Below are positions 52,027-61,067 of a stretch of DNA of 64,000 nt, piece by piece. The position numbers and the translations under genes are program-made. Source of the DNA: Tagaea sp. (GTDB taxonomy: Bacteria > Pseudomonadota > Alphaproteobacteria > CACIAM-22H2); the NCBI GenBank assembly GCA_965279525.1, contig CBDIIB010000005.1:544001-608000 (forward strand), given 5' to 3'. Each line of letters opens with the position of its first letter. The stretch's first letter is position 1. A model generated the notes under the pieces. That model ran no database searches and was not told the DNA's origin. It was given only the letters and a program-made list of their open reading frames with translations.

Positions 52027-52691
52027 GCGGCCTTCGCGTGCCGGCTGAGCGTGCCGTCGTCGAGCCGCAGCTCGGGATGGCGCGACTCGCGCACGAGCTG
52101 CAGGTTGTGGGTCGCGATCACGATGGTGGTGCCCAGCCTGTTCAGCTCCTCGAACAGGCGCATCAGGCGGATGGCGATGCGGTCGTCGACGTTGCCGGTC
52201 GGCTCGTCGGCGATCAGCAGCTGCGGGCGGCCGATGATCGCGCGCGCGATGGCCACGCGCTGCTTCTGCCCGCCCGACAGCGTGGGCGGCAGGGCGCCCA
52301 GATGCTCGCCGAGGCCGACCCAGGCCAGCAGCTCGGCCGCGTGCTCGCGCACCTGGCGCTCCTCGGTGCCCTGCACGCGCAGCGGAAGGGCCACGTTATC
52401 GACGACCGAAAGATGGTCGAGCAGGCGGAAATCCTGGAAGACGGTGCCGATCCGCCGGCGCAGGCCCGGCAGTTCGGCGCGCACGACGCGCGACACGTCG
52501 CGCCCGAACAGGTGGACCGTGCCGCGCGAGGGGACCCGCGCCAGATAGAGGAGCGACAGCAGCGAGGACTTGCCCGCCCCCGATGCCCCGGTCAGGAAAT
52601 GGAAGCTGCCGGGGGCAAGCTCGAAACTGACGTCGCGCAGGACTTCGGGCCCGAGGCCGTAGCGCAAACCCACCTGCTGGAAAATCACCAT
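52023..52691 (-). CDS. ftsE: Cell division ATPase FtsE
   Basis: GASGAGKS, VFQDFRLL, LSGGQKQR and ADEPTGNVD motifs. Confidence 0.94.
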   Translation of the reverse strand: MVIFQQVGLRYGLGPEVLRDVSFELAPGSFHFLTGASGAGKSSLLSLLYLARVPSRGTVHLFGRDVSRVVRAELPGLRRRIGTVFQDFRLLDHLSVVDNVALPLRVQGTEERQVREHAAELLAWVGLGEHLGALPPTLSGGQKQRVAIARAIIGRPQLLIADEPTGNVDDRIAIRLMRLFEELNRLGTTIVIATHNLQLVRESRHPELRLDDGTLSRHAKAA

Positions 52692-52831
52692 TTCGAACGT
52701 CCCCGGCCACTGCGGGGATGGTTGCATGCACCGGACGGCACCCGCAAGCTTGCCCCCGCGCGCCGCGCCGACCTATAAAAGCATCTGGAATCCGCAACTT
52801 CGTCCAACCTAGAGCCCGTGTCGACCGGACC

Positions 52832-53728
52832 ATGATCCTCGCCTGCCCCAAATGCGCCACGCGCTTTCGCGTGCCCGACGAGGCGCTGGGCGATGCAGGG
52901 CGGTCCGTGCGCTGCGGCTCGTGCGGCAACAGCTGGGTCCAGCGTCCGCGCCAGGCGATCCTCGAGGTCAATCCGCGCTTCCCCAAGACCGCCAAGCGCA
53001 TGCGCCAGGGCATGGACGACGGCATCGAGGCACCGGCCGCCCCGCGCGGCCGCGCGGCGGAGCCGGCTTATGTCCCGCCGCCCCCGCCTCCACCGCCGCC
53101 GCCCCCGCCGCCGATCGCGGCCCCGCCGCCGCGGGCACCGCGCCCCGAGCCGGCGATGGTCGAGCCGGAAGCCGAGCTGCCGACGAAAAGTTTTGCCGAG
53201 TCGATGGAGGCGGCCCTTGCCGCCGCCGACGCGGAAGTCCCGTCGCGTCCGATGCAAGGCAAGGCATCCGACGTCGACGGGCATCCGCGCCGCTCGGTCG
53301 CCGCGGTCATCGGCTGGCTGCTGTTCGCGCTCGCCACGACGCTGATCGGCGTGGCGGTCTTCGCGCAGGGCGAGATCATGGCGCGCTTCCCCGAGACGCG
53401 CGCGATCTATCAGGCGATGCATTTCCCGATCCCGCCGCCGGGCGAAGGGCTGGAAGTGGTCGAACCCAGCCCCGCGCGCATCCTTGTCGACGGCACGCCG
53501 ACGCTTGAGATCAGCGGCAAGATCCGCAACACCGGCGGCATGGCGCGCCCGGTCCCCGGCCTTCGCGCCAGCCTGCGCGATGCCGACGGCAAGGAAATCG
53601 CGACCTGGGAATTCAGCGCCGACGAGCCGCGCCTGGAACCCGGCGCCGAAACGGCCTTCCGCACGACGCTGGCCAATCCGCCGACGGTGCCGGGCAAGCT
53701 CGATATCGTCTTCCGCGAAGCCTATTGA
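52832..53728 (+). CDS. zitP: MJ0042-type zinc-finger + TM + DUF3426 protein (ZitP-like)
   Basis: CPKCATRF...VRCGSCGNSW, a Pro-rich linker, one TM and a DUF3426-like C-terminus; divergent from ftsE as in Caulobacter. Confidence 0.75.
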   Translation: MILACPKCATRFRVPDEALGDAGRSVRCGSCGNSWVQRPRQAILEVNPRFPKTAKRMRQGMDDGIEAPAAPRGRAAEPAYVPPPPPPPPPPPPPIAAPPPRAPRPEPAMVEPEAELPTKSFAESMEAALAAADAEVPSRPMQGKASDVDGHPRRSVAAVIGWLLFALATTLIGVAVFAQGEIMARFPETRAIYQAMHFPIPPPGEGLEVVEPSPARILVDGTPTLEISGKIRNTGGMARPVPGLRASLRDADGKEIATWEFSADEPRLEPGAETAFRTTLANPPTVPGKLDIVFREAY

Positions 53729-53729
53729 A

Positions 53730-54326
53730 TCACGTCCGCGCGGTTCCCGGTACGGGGCCGCGCAGCACGCGCAGCAACTGCCGGGCGGCGGGCGAATCCC
53801 ATGCGGCCGCCCCTTCGAGCCGGCCGCGCTCGCGCCCCTCGCCATCCACCACGACCGTCGTCGGCAGGCCGCGCACGGCGAACGCGCGCATAGAAGCACC
53901 TGCCGGGTCGACATAGACCGGAAGGTTGCGCAGGTCGTGTGCGGCAAAGAACGGCGCCACCTGGCGCAGGCCGCCGCGATCGACCGAGATCGCGACCACT
54001 TCGATGCGCTCGGCCTTCAGGCCGGCGTGAAGCCGGTCGAGGGCGGGCATCTCCTCGACGCACGGCGCGCACCATGTCGCCCAGAAATTGACGACGGCAA
54101 GCCGGCCGCGGAAGTCGGCCAGCGTCAGGTCGCGCCCCTCGGCATCGCGAAACGCGATCGCGGGTGCGGGTACCGGATCGGCAAGCCGCTTGAACGGGCC
54201 CAACGCGCCGCGGAACTCCGGGCCCTGGGCGGCCGCCCCGTTCCCGAAAATCCTTGATCCGCCCGCGCCAAGCGCTAGGGTCGCGCCCGCGCCGAGCGCC
54301 AGAAAACCGCGCCGGTTCGAAGTCAT
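53730..54326 (-). CDS. tlpA: TlpA-family thiol:disulfide oxidoreductase (Tat-like signal)
   Basis: NFWATWCAPC and GLPTT motifs; N-terminal SNRRGFL. Confidence 0.88.
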   Translation of the reverse strand: MTSNRRGFLALGAGATLALGAGGSRIFGNGAAAQGPEFRGALGPFKRLADPVPAPAIAFRDAEGRDLTLADFRGRLAVVNFWATWCAPCVEEMPALDRLHAGLKAERIEVVAISVDRGGLRQVAPFFAAHDLRNLPVYVDPAGASMRAFAVRGLPTTVVVDGEGRERGRLEGAAAWDSPAARQLLRVLRGPVPGTART

Positions 54327-54345
54327 AGCCGTAATATAGGTCGTC

Positions 54346-55782
54346 ATGGCCCGCCGCACAAAGTCCGTCGCCCCGAAGAAGTCCGCCGCCCCCGCCAATC
54401 CCGCCGCCAATCCGATGTGGGGCGGGCGCTTCGGCGTGGCGCCCGACGCGATCATGCAGAAGATCAACGCATCGATCGACGTCGACAGGCGCCTCTATGC
54501 CGAGGACATCGCCGGCTCGATCGCGCACGCGCGCATGCTCGCCCGCCAGAAGATCCTGTCGACGAAGGACGTGGCCGCCATCGTGAAGGGCCTGGACGCC
54601 GTGCGCCGCGAGATCGAGGGCGGCAGGTTCGTCTTCCGCACGGAACTCGAAGACATCCACATGAACGTCGAATCCAGGCTTGCCGAACTGATCGGCGAGC
54701 CGGCCAAGCGCCTGCATGTGGCGCGCTCGCGCAACGACCAGGTGGCGCTGGATTTCCGCCTGTGGGTGCGCGGGGCCTGCGACCGCGCGGACGCCGCCTT
54801 GCGCGAATTCCAGCGCGCCCTCATCGACCGCGCGGAAAAGCACGCCGGTGCCGTGATGCCCGGCTTCACGCATCTGCAGCCGGCCCAGCCCGTCACGTTC
54901 GGGCACCATCTGATGGCCTATGTCGAGATGGCCGGGCGCGACCGCGCGCGCTTTGCCGACGCGCGCCACCGGCTCAACGAATGCCCGCTCGGGGCGGCCG
55001 CCCTTGCCGGCACGTCGTTCCCGATCGACCGGCATTCGACCGCGCGCGAACTGGGGTTCGCCGCACCCACGGCCAACTCGCTCGACTCCGTCGCCGACCG
55101 CGATTTCGCGCTCGAGTTCCTGGCGGCAGCCGCGATCGCGTCAATCCATCTTTCGCGCCTGGCCGAAGAGCTGGTCATGTGGACCGGCCCGCAGTTCGGT
55201 TTCGCGCGTCTGTCCGACGCGTGGACGACCGGCTCCTCGATCATGCCGCAAAAGCGCAACCCCGACGCCGCCGAGCTCGTGCGCGCCACCACCGGACGCA
55301 TGTTCGGCTCGCTGATCGGGCTTGCGACCGTGATGAAAGGCCTGCCGCTGACCTATTCGAAGGACATGCAGGAAGACAAGGCGCGCACCTTCGCCGCCGC
55401 CGACGCGCTGATGCTGTCCATCGCCGCGATGACCGGCATGATCGACGATCTTTCCATCGACGCCGCGCGCATGAAGGAAGCGGCCGGTGCCGGCTTCACG
55501 ACCGCGACCGACCTTGCCGACTGGCTGGTGCGCGAACTCGCCATGCCGTTCCGCGAGGCGCACCACGTGACGGGGCGCATCGTGCGCCGCGCCGAGGAGA
55601 AGGGCTGCGACATTTCCGGCCTGCCGCTTTCCGACATGCGCGCGATCGAGCCGCGCATCGACAAATCCGTCTTCGCCGTGCTCGGCGTCGAAAACTCGGT
55701 CGCCAGCCGCACCAGTTTCGGCGGCACCGCACCCGCCAACGTGCGCCGTGCCGCGAAGGCCGCGCGCAAGAAGTTTCTCTAG
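54346..55782 (+). CDS. argH: Argininosuccinate lyase
   Basis: MWGGRF, RSRNDQ, GFTHLQ and [12 protein letters not shown] motifs. Confidence 0.97.
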   Translation: MARRTKSVAPKKSAAPANPAANPMWGGRFGVAPDAIMQKINASIDVDRRLYAEDIAGSIAHARMLARQKILSTKDVAAIVKGLDAVRREIEGGRFVFRTELEDIHMNVESRLAELIGEPAKRLHVARSRNDQVALDFRLWVRGACDRADAALREFQRALIDRAEKHAGAVMPGFTHLQPAQPVTFGHHLMAYVEMAGRDRARFADARHRLNECPLGAAALAGTSFPIDRHSTARELGFAAPTANSLDSVADRDFALEFLAAAAIASIHLSRLAEELVMWTGPQFGFARLSDAWTTGSSIMPQKRNPDAAELVRATTGRMFGSLIGLATVMKGLPLTYSKDMQEDKARTFAAADALMLSIAAMTGMIDDLSIDAARMKEAAGAGFTTATDLADWLVRELAMPFREAHHVTGRIVRRAEEKGCDISGLPLSDMRAIEPRIDKSVFAVLGVENSVASRTSFGGTAPANVRRAAKAARKKFL

Positions 55783-55794
55783 GAGACGACGAGA

Positions 55795-55959
55795 ATGACC
55801 GCCCGCAACATCATCCTTCTGGCCCTGGTGCTGGCACTCGCCGCACCGCTGGCCGCGTGCGGGCGCAAGGGCCTGCCCGAAGCGCCGCCGGGGGCGGACG
55901 AGAGATATCCGCGCAGCTATCCCGCCGGTGCGGTTCCGGTTCCGGTGCCGGCCCAATGA
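55795..55959 (+). CDS. lptM: Small lipoprotein (LptM/YifL-like), 54 aa
   Basis: MTARNIILLALVLALAAPLAACGRKGLP..., lipobox with CGxKG; AGGAG upstream; ATGA overlap with lysA. Not in the ORF track. Confidence 0.8.
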   Translation: MTARNIILLALVLALAAPLAACGRKGLPEAPPGADERYPRSYPAGAVPVPVPAQ

Positions 55960-57239
55960 CCAAGGGTTTCCATCGCAAGAACGGCGCACTCCACTGCGAC
56001 GGCGTGGCACTGGCGCGCATCGCGCGCGAGCACGGCACGCCCGCGTGGATCTACAGCCAGTCGGTGCTGGAGGCGCGCTGGCGCCTGTTCGCCGCATCCG
56101 TCGCCGATCTCGATCCGACGATCTGCTACGCGCTGAAGGCCAACTCCAACCAGGCGGTGATCGCGACGTTCGCGGCGCTGGGTGCGGGCGCCGACATCGT
56201 GTCGGCGGGCGAGCTCGCGCGCGCCCTTGCCGCCGGCGTTCCGGCCGCGAAGATCGTGTTCGCCGGCGTGGGCAAGAGCGAGGCGGAGATGGCCCTCGCG
56301 CTGGAAGCCGGCATCCTGCAGTTCAACGTCGAGTCCGCCCCCGAGCTCGCCCGCCTGTCGGCGGTGGCGCAGGCGATGAACACGACCGCCTCGGTCGCCA
56401 TCCGCGTCAACCCGGATGTCGACGCGAAGACCCACAAGAAGATCACGACCGGCAAGAGCGAGAACAAGTTCGGCGTGGAACTGGCGCAGGCGCGCGAGCT
56501 TGCGGTGGGTGCGCGCAAGCTCAAGGGTGTGCGGATCGAAGCGCTGTCCACGCATATCGGCAGCCAGATCACCGACGTGACACCCTATCGCGCGGCGTTC
56601 AAGCGCGTGGCCGATCTCGCAAAGGTCCTGCGCGCCGACGGCGTGCCGCTGAAGCGGCTCGATTTCGGCGGCGGGCTTGGCGTGGTCTATCGCGACGAAA
56701 CGCCGCCCGACCTCAAGGCCTATGCGGCGGCCGTGCGCGCGGCGATGAAGGGCACGGGCCTCGGGCTCGTGCTCGAACCCGGGCGCTGGCTCGTGGCCGA
56801 TGCGGGCGTGCTCGTCGCGCGCGTCGAATACGTCAAGCAGGGGACTGCCAAGCGCTACGCGATCCTCGATGCGGCGATGAACGACCTGATCCGCCCGACG
56901 CTCTACGAGGCGTGGATGCCGATCGAGCCGGTCGCCCGGCCACGCGCCGGCAAGAAGCGGCCCTACGACGTGGTCGGGCCGGTGTGCGAATCGGGCGACT
57001 TTTTCGCGCATGACCGCCTGCTGGCGCCGTTGGCCGAGGGCGATCTGGTCGCCGTCCGGCAGGCGGGCGCCTATGGCTCGGTCATGTCATCCACCTACAA
57101 CGCGCGCCCGCTGGCCCCGGAATTGCTGGTCAAGGGGGCCAAGGTTGCCGCGATCCGGGACCGCCAGTCGGTCGAGGCGCTTATCGCCCTCGATTCGCTG
57201 GCGCCCTGGCAGTCCGGGAAGACCCGACGCGGCGGCTAA
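55956..57239 (+). CDS. lysA: Diaminopimelate decarboxylase
   Basis: YALKAN, HIGSQ, GGGLG, EPGR, GPVCESGD and GAYG motifs. Confidence 0.96.
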   Translation: MTKGFHRKNGALHCDGVALARIAREHGTPAWIYSQSVLEARWRLFAASVADLDPTICYALKANSNQAVIATFAALGAGADIVSAGELARALAAGVPAAKIVFAGVGKSEAEMALALEAGILQFNVESAPELARLSAVAQAMNTTASVAIRVNPDVDAKTHKKITTGKSENKFGVELAQARELAVGARKLKGVRIEALSTHIGSQITDVTPYRAAFKRVADLAKVLRADGVPLKRLDFGGGLGVVYRDETPPDLKAYAAAVRAAMKGTGLGLVLEPGRWLVADAGVLVARVEYVKQGTAKRYAILDAAMNDLIRPTLYEAWMPIEPVARPRAGKKRPYDVVGPVCESGDFFAHDRLLAPLAEGDLVAVRQAGAYGSVMSSTYNARPLAPELLVKGAKVAAIRDRQSVEALIALDSLAPWQSGKTRRGG

Positions 57240-57316
57240 TTTGGTGTGTGGACCCGCCCGCCGGTCGCGTTAGACTGGTCGGACAGGGTTCGCGACCTAT
57301 TTCTGCCGGGGTGAGG

Positions 57317-59911
57317 ATGACCGACAAGTCGCCTGAGCACCGCACTGGAACACCGGCCGTTCCCGGATTGGCCCGCCGGCTCTGGCTTGCCCGTCTCGCC
57401 ATCGCCTGGGAACGGGTCTGGCCCGCGATCTGGCCCGCCCTGACGGTCGGCGCCCTTTTCACCATCGTGGCGCTGCTCGATCTGCTGCCCCGCCTGCATT
57501 TCGCGCTGCATGGGGCAGCCCTTGTCCTGTTCGCTGCCGCCCTTGCCGCCGCCGTCTGGCGCATGCGGCGCGTATTCGCCCTGCCCGACCGCGCGGAAGC
57601 GCGCCGCCGGCTCGAACGGGCCAGCGGCTTCAGCCATCGCCCGCTTGCCGCCCTCGAGGACGACATGGCCGGCGGCAGCCAGGACCCCGCGACTCGGACG
57701 CTGTGGGAAACCCATCGCCGCCGCCTGCTCGCCCGCCTTGCCGACGTGCGGATCGGGCCGCCGCGTCCCGGCGTGCCGGCCCGCGATCCGCGCGCCTTGC
57801 GCGCCGTCCTCGTGCTCGGCCTTGCCGTGGCGATCGGCGTGGGCGGCGACCGGGCCGGGATCAATTTCGCGCGCGCCCTTGCACCCGGCGTCGATGTCGC
57901 GGCTGCACCGCTTGGCACGCTCGACCTGTGGATCACGCCGCCGGCCTATACGGGCCTGCCGCCCGTGCTGCCGCGCGCCGATGCAGCGTCGATCACCGTG
58001 CCGGTCGGCAGCCAGCTCATCGCGCAGGTTTCCGGCGGCAACGCGCCGCCGCGCCTGACGCTCGACGGCAAGCCCGTCCCGTTCGCACCGGTCGAGCTTG
58101 CCGCGGCACCTGCATCGACGGCACCGGGTGCCGCACCCGCGCCCAAGCTGCAGAGCTGGCGCGTGGCGAGCGAACTTGCCGCCGGTTCGCGCCTGACGGT
58201 CGAACAGGGTCCGCGCGCACTGGGGGCGTGGGACCTCACGCTCATTCCCGATGCCGCCCCGACGGTCGAGTTCGTGCAGCCGCCGCACTCCAGCCAGCGC
58301 GCCACGCTGCGCATGGAATACCGCGCGAAGGACGATTACGGCGTTGCCGGCGTGATGGCGGAAATCCGCCGCGACGTGGCCCCCGACAAGCCCGCCGGTG
58401 CCGGTGCACCCATCGATCTCGCCTTGCCGCTCGCGGCCGCCCGCTCGAAGGATTCGACCGCGGCGACCTTCTTCGATCTCACGGCCCATCCGTGGGCCGG
58501 CCTGCCGGTGACGGTGACGCTGAAGGCGACCGACGTCGCCGGCCAGACGGGCGCTTCGGAATCGATCCGCATCGTGCTTCCCGAGCGCGTGTTCCAGCAT
58601 CCGGTGGCGCGCGCAATCGTCGAACAGCGCAAGGTGCTGATCGCCGAACCCGCCCTGCGCCCGGTCGTGGCGCGCGCTCTCGCGGCGATCGCGTCCAACC
58701 CCGTGCAGTTCGCCGACGACCCGGTCGTGCTGCTGTCGCTGCGCATCGGCGCGCTGCGCCTGCAGAAATCCGGCGAGCCGGGCACCATCGACGAGATGCA
58801 GGCGCTGATGTGGGACACCGCGCTTCGCATCGAGGACGGCCGCCTGTCGGCCGCCGAGCGCGAACTTCGCGCCATCCAGCAGAAGCTGCAGGACGCGCTC
58901 GCCAACAACGCGCCGGACTCGGAAATCGAGAAGCTGATGGCCGAGCTCCAGCAGGCCATCGACAAGTTTCTCCAGTCGCTCGTCGAGCAGGCGATGAAGA
59001 ATCCCGGCGACCAGCGCCAGCAGCCGCAGGACCGCAACGCCCAGCGCCTCGACCGCAACGACCTGCAGAAGCTGCTCGACCAGGCCCGCCAGCTCGCCCG
59101 CACGGGGGCGCGCGACGCAGCCAAGGACCTGCTCGCCCGCCTGCAGGAGATGCTCGAGAACCTGCGCACGATGCAGGCCCAGCGCGGCAACCAGCAGCAG
59201 GGCCAGCCCGGCGACGGCCAGGCGCAGGAAATGATGAAGAGCCTGCAGGAGATGATGCAGCGCCAGCAGAGCCTGATCGACCGCACCTTCCGCCGCTCGC
59301 AGCAGAACCGGCCCGGCCAGTTCCGCCCCGGCCAGCAGGGACAGCGCGGCCAGCAGGGCCAACAGGGGCAGCAAGGCCAGCAGGGCCAAGGCCAGGGTGA
59401 AGGCGAGGGCGAAGGCGACGACGCGGGCGAACAGGACGCGCTGCGCGGCGCGCTCGCCGACATGATGCGCCAGCTCCAGGACATGATGGGCGGTGCGCCC
59501 GACGGCTTCGGACGTGCCGACCGCTCGATGGGCGAATCGGGCGACCAGCTCCGGCGCGGCGCGCCGGGCCGGGCACTGCGCCCGCAGATGGACGCGCTCG
59601 ACCAGCTGCGCGCGGGTGCGCGCGAAGCGCTGCGCCAGATGATGGAGCGCTTCGGCCAGGGCGAAGGCGACGGCATGGGCGACGAGGCGTTCGGCGAGCG
59701 CGAGCAGGCCGACCAGCGCGACCCGCTCGGCCGCAATCCCGAAGGCGACGGCACGTCGCTGTCGGACAATTTCCAGCGCATCCCGGGCGTGGGCGAAGGC
59801 CAGCTGCTGCGCTCGCAGGAAATCCTCGACGAGCTTATCCGCCGCCTTGGCGAACGCACGCGCCCGACGGCGGAGCGCGACTATCTTGAGCGGCTGCTGA
59901 GAAGGTTCTAG
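57317..59911 (+). CDS. TIGR02302/DUF4175 family membrane protein
   Basis: WITPPAYTG, DDYG, DLTAHPWAG, LRIEDG, DPLGR and ERDYLERLL motifs; Q/G-rich linker. Confidence 0.9.
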   Translation: MTDKSPEHRTGTPAVPGLARRLWLARLAIAWERVWPAIWPALTVGALFTIVALLDLLPRLHFALHGAALVLFAAALAAAVWRMRRVFALPDRAEARRRLERASGFSHRPLAALEDDMAGGSQDPATRTLWETHRRRLLARLADVRIGPPRPGVPARDPRALRAVLVLGLAVAIGVGGDRAGINFARALAPGVDVAAAPLGTLDLWITPPAYTGLPPVLPRADAASITVPVGSQLIAQVSGGNAPPRLTLDGKPVPFAPVELAAAPASTAPGAAPAPKLQSWRVASELAAGSRLTVEQGPRALGAWDLTLIPDAAPTVEFVQPPHSSQRATLRMEYRAKDDYGVAGVMAEIRRDVAPDKPAGAGAPIDLALPLAAARSKDSTAATFFDLTAHPWAGLPVTVTLKATDVAGQTGASESIRIVLPERVFQHPVARAIVEQRKVLIAEPALRPVVARALAAIASNPVQFADDPVVLLSLRIGALRLQKSGEPGTIDEMQALMWDTALRIEDGRLSAAERELRAIQQKLQDALANNAPDSEIEKLMAELQQAIDKFLQSLVEQAMKNPGDQRQQPQDRNAQRLDRNDLQKLLDQARQLARTGARDAAKDLLARLQEMLENLRTMQAQRGNQQQGQPGDGQAQEMMKSLQEMMQRQQSLIDRTFRRSQQNRPGQFRPGQQGQRGQQGQQGQQGQQGQGQGEGEGEGDDAGEQDALRGALADMMRQLQDMMGGAPDGFGRADRSMGESGDQLRRGAPGRALRPQMDALDQLRAGAREALRQMMERFGQGEGDGMGDEAFGEREQADQRDPLGRNPEGDGTSLSDNFQRIPGVGEGQLLRSQEILDELIRRLGERTRPTAERDYLERLLRRF

Positions 59912-60930
59912 TAAATCAGCTCGTCCTCGCCGTCGCCGCGGCCGATCGCGATCTCGTTTTTCGCGGCGAGGTCCTTGGCGAGTTCGATGATGGCGTGCTG
60001 GGCGTCCGACACGTCCTTCACGCGAACGGGGCCGAGCTGTTCCATGTCGTCGCGCATCAGGCGGCCCGCGCGCTCGGACATGTTGGACAAGAACAGGTCG
60101 CGGATCAGGTCGGGGGCACCCTTCAGCGCCAATGCAAGCCTGCCCTTGTCGACCGCGCGCAGCAGCGTCTGCACGCCGGCGGGATCGAGGCGGGCGAGGT
60201 CCTCGAACTTGAACATGCTCTCGCGCACTTTCTGCGCGGCTTCCGGATTGCGGTCCTCGAGTGCGGAGAGGAACCGCTTTTCCGCGGCCGGATCGAGCGC
60301 GTTGAAGATCTCGGCGATCGATTCGTGCCGGTCCTTGCGCGGGTTCTTGGCGACGTTGGACATGAACTCGTTGCGCAGGATCGTCTCGACCTCGTCGAGC
60401 ACTTCCTTGGGCACGGTTTCCAGGCGCAGCATGCGCGTGATGACTTCCATCGCGAACCCGTCGGGGAGTTGCGAGAGCACCTTGGCGGCATGCTCGGGCG
60501 AGACCTTGGCGAGCACGACGGCGGCGGTCTGCGGATATTCGTTCTTGAGATAGCTCGCGAGCATCTGCTCGGGCACGTAGCCGAGCTTGTCCCATATCGT
60601 GCGGCCGCGGGGCCCGCGGATGTCCTCGAGGATGCCGTCGGCGCGCTTGCCCAGCACCTTGCCCAGGAACCGCTCGGTGCCTTCCATCGTGCCGGCGAGC
60701 GAGCTCGACTGGCCCATCTGCTCGGCGAACTCGACGATCAGCTGCTCGATGACGTTGGCGTTGACCGTGCCGAGGCCGGCCATGACGAGGGAAAGCTCCT
60801 TGATCTCCTCGTCGTCCATCATCGCGAAGACCTTGGACGCACTCTCCTCGCCGACGGCGAGCAGCAGGATCGCCGCCTTCTCCGAGCCGGTCAGCTGCCG
60901 GTAGTCATCGAGGTTTCTTGGTGCCGCCAT
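59908..60930 (-). CDS. fliG: Flagellar motor switch protein FliG (orphan)
   Basis: KAAILLL, NEYPQT, MFKFEDL and torque helix SERAGRLMRDDMEQLGPVR. Confidence 0.92.
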   Translation of the reverse strand: MAAPRNLDDYRQLTGSEKAAILLLAVGEESASKVFAMMDDEEIKELSLVMAGLGTVNANVIEQLIVEFAEQMGQSSSLAGTMEGTERFLGKVLGKRADGILEDIRGPRGRTIWDKLGYVPEQMLASYLKNEYPQTAAVVLAKVSPEHAAKVLSQLPDGFAMEVITRMLRLETVPKEVLDEVETILRNEFMSNVAKNPRKDRHESIAEIFNALDPAAEKRFLSALEDRNPEAAQKVRESMFKFEDLARLDPAGVQTLLRAVDKGRLALALKGAPDLIRDLFLSNMSERAGRLMRDDMEQLGPVRVKDVSDAQHAIIELAKDLAAKNEIAIGRGDGEDELIY

Positions 60931-61015
60931 GATTCCGATTCTATGATGAAAACCTGATTCGTGCGAAGCGCGCGGACGTATGCCGGGGCCGGCGTCGGTT
61001 GCCCTGCCCGGCATT

Positions 61016-61044
61016 CTGTGACATTTTCGTTACATTCCTGCCAC
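61016..61044 (+). promoter_or_regulatory. Pho-box-like triple repeat upstream of the Na/Pi symporter
   Basis: CTGTGAC-N4-TCGTTAC-N4-CTGCCAC at 11-bp period; the minus strand reads ATGTAAC-GAAA-ATGTCAC. Confidence 0.55.
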
Positions 61045-61067
61045 CGCCCCATCCGGAGGACCCGAAA

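Noticed and set aside
53075-53135. CCG-rich run
   Set aside because: Polyproline linker of the ZitP-like protein.
59300-59420. CAGCAGGGC/GAAGGC short tandem repeats
   Set aside because: They encode the Q/G-rich linker typical of TIGR02302 proteins; not a CRISPR or contingency locus.
57236-60595. 1119-aa minus-strand ORF
   Set aside because: Antisense shadow of the DUF4175 gene plus an off-frame stretch of fliG.
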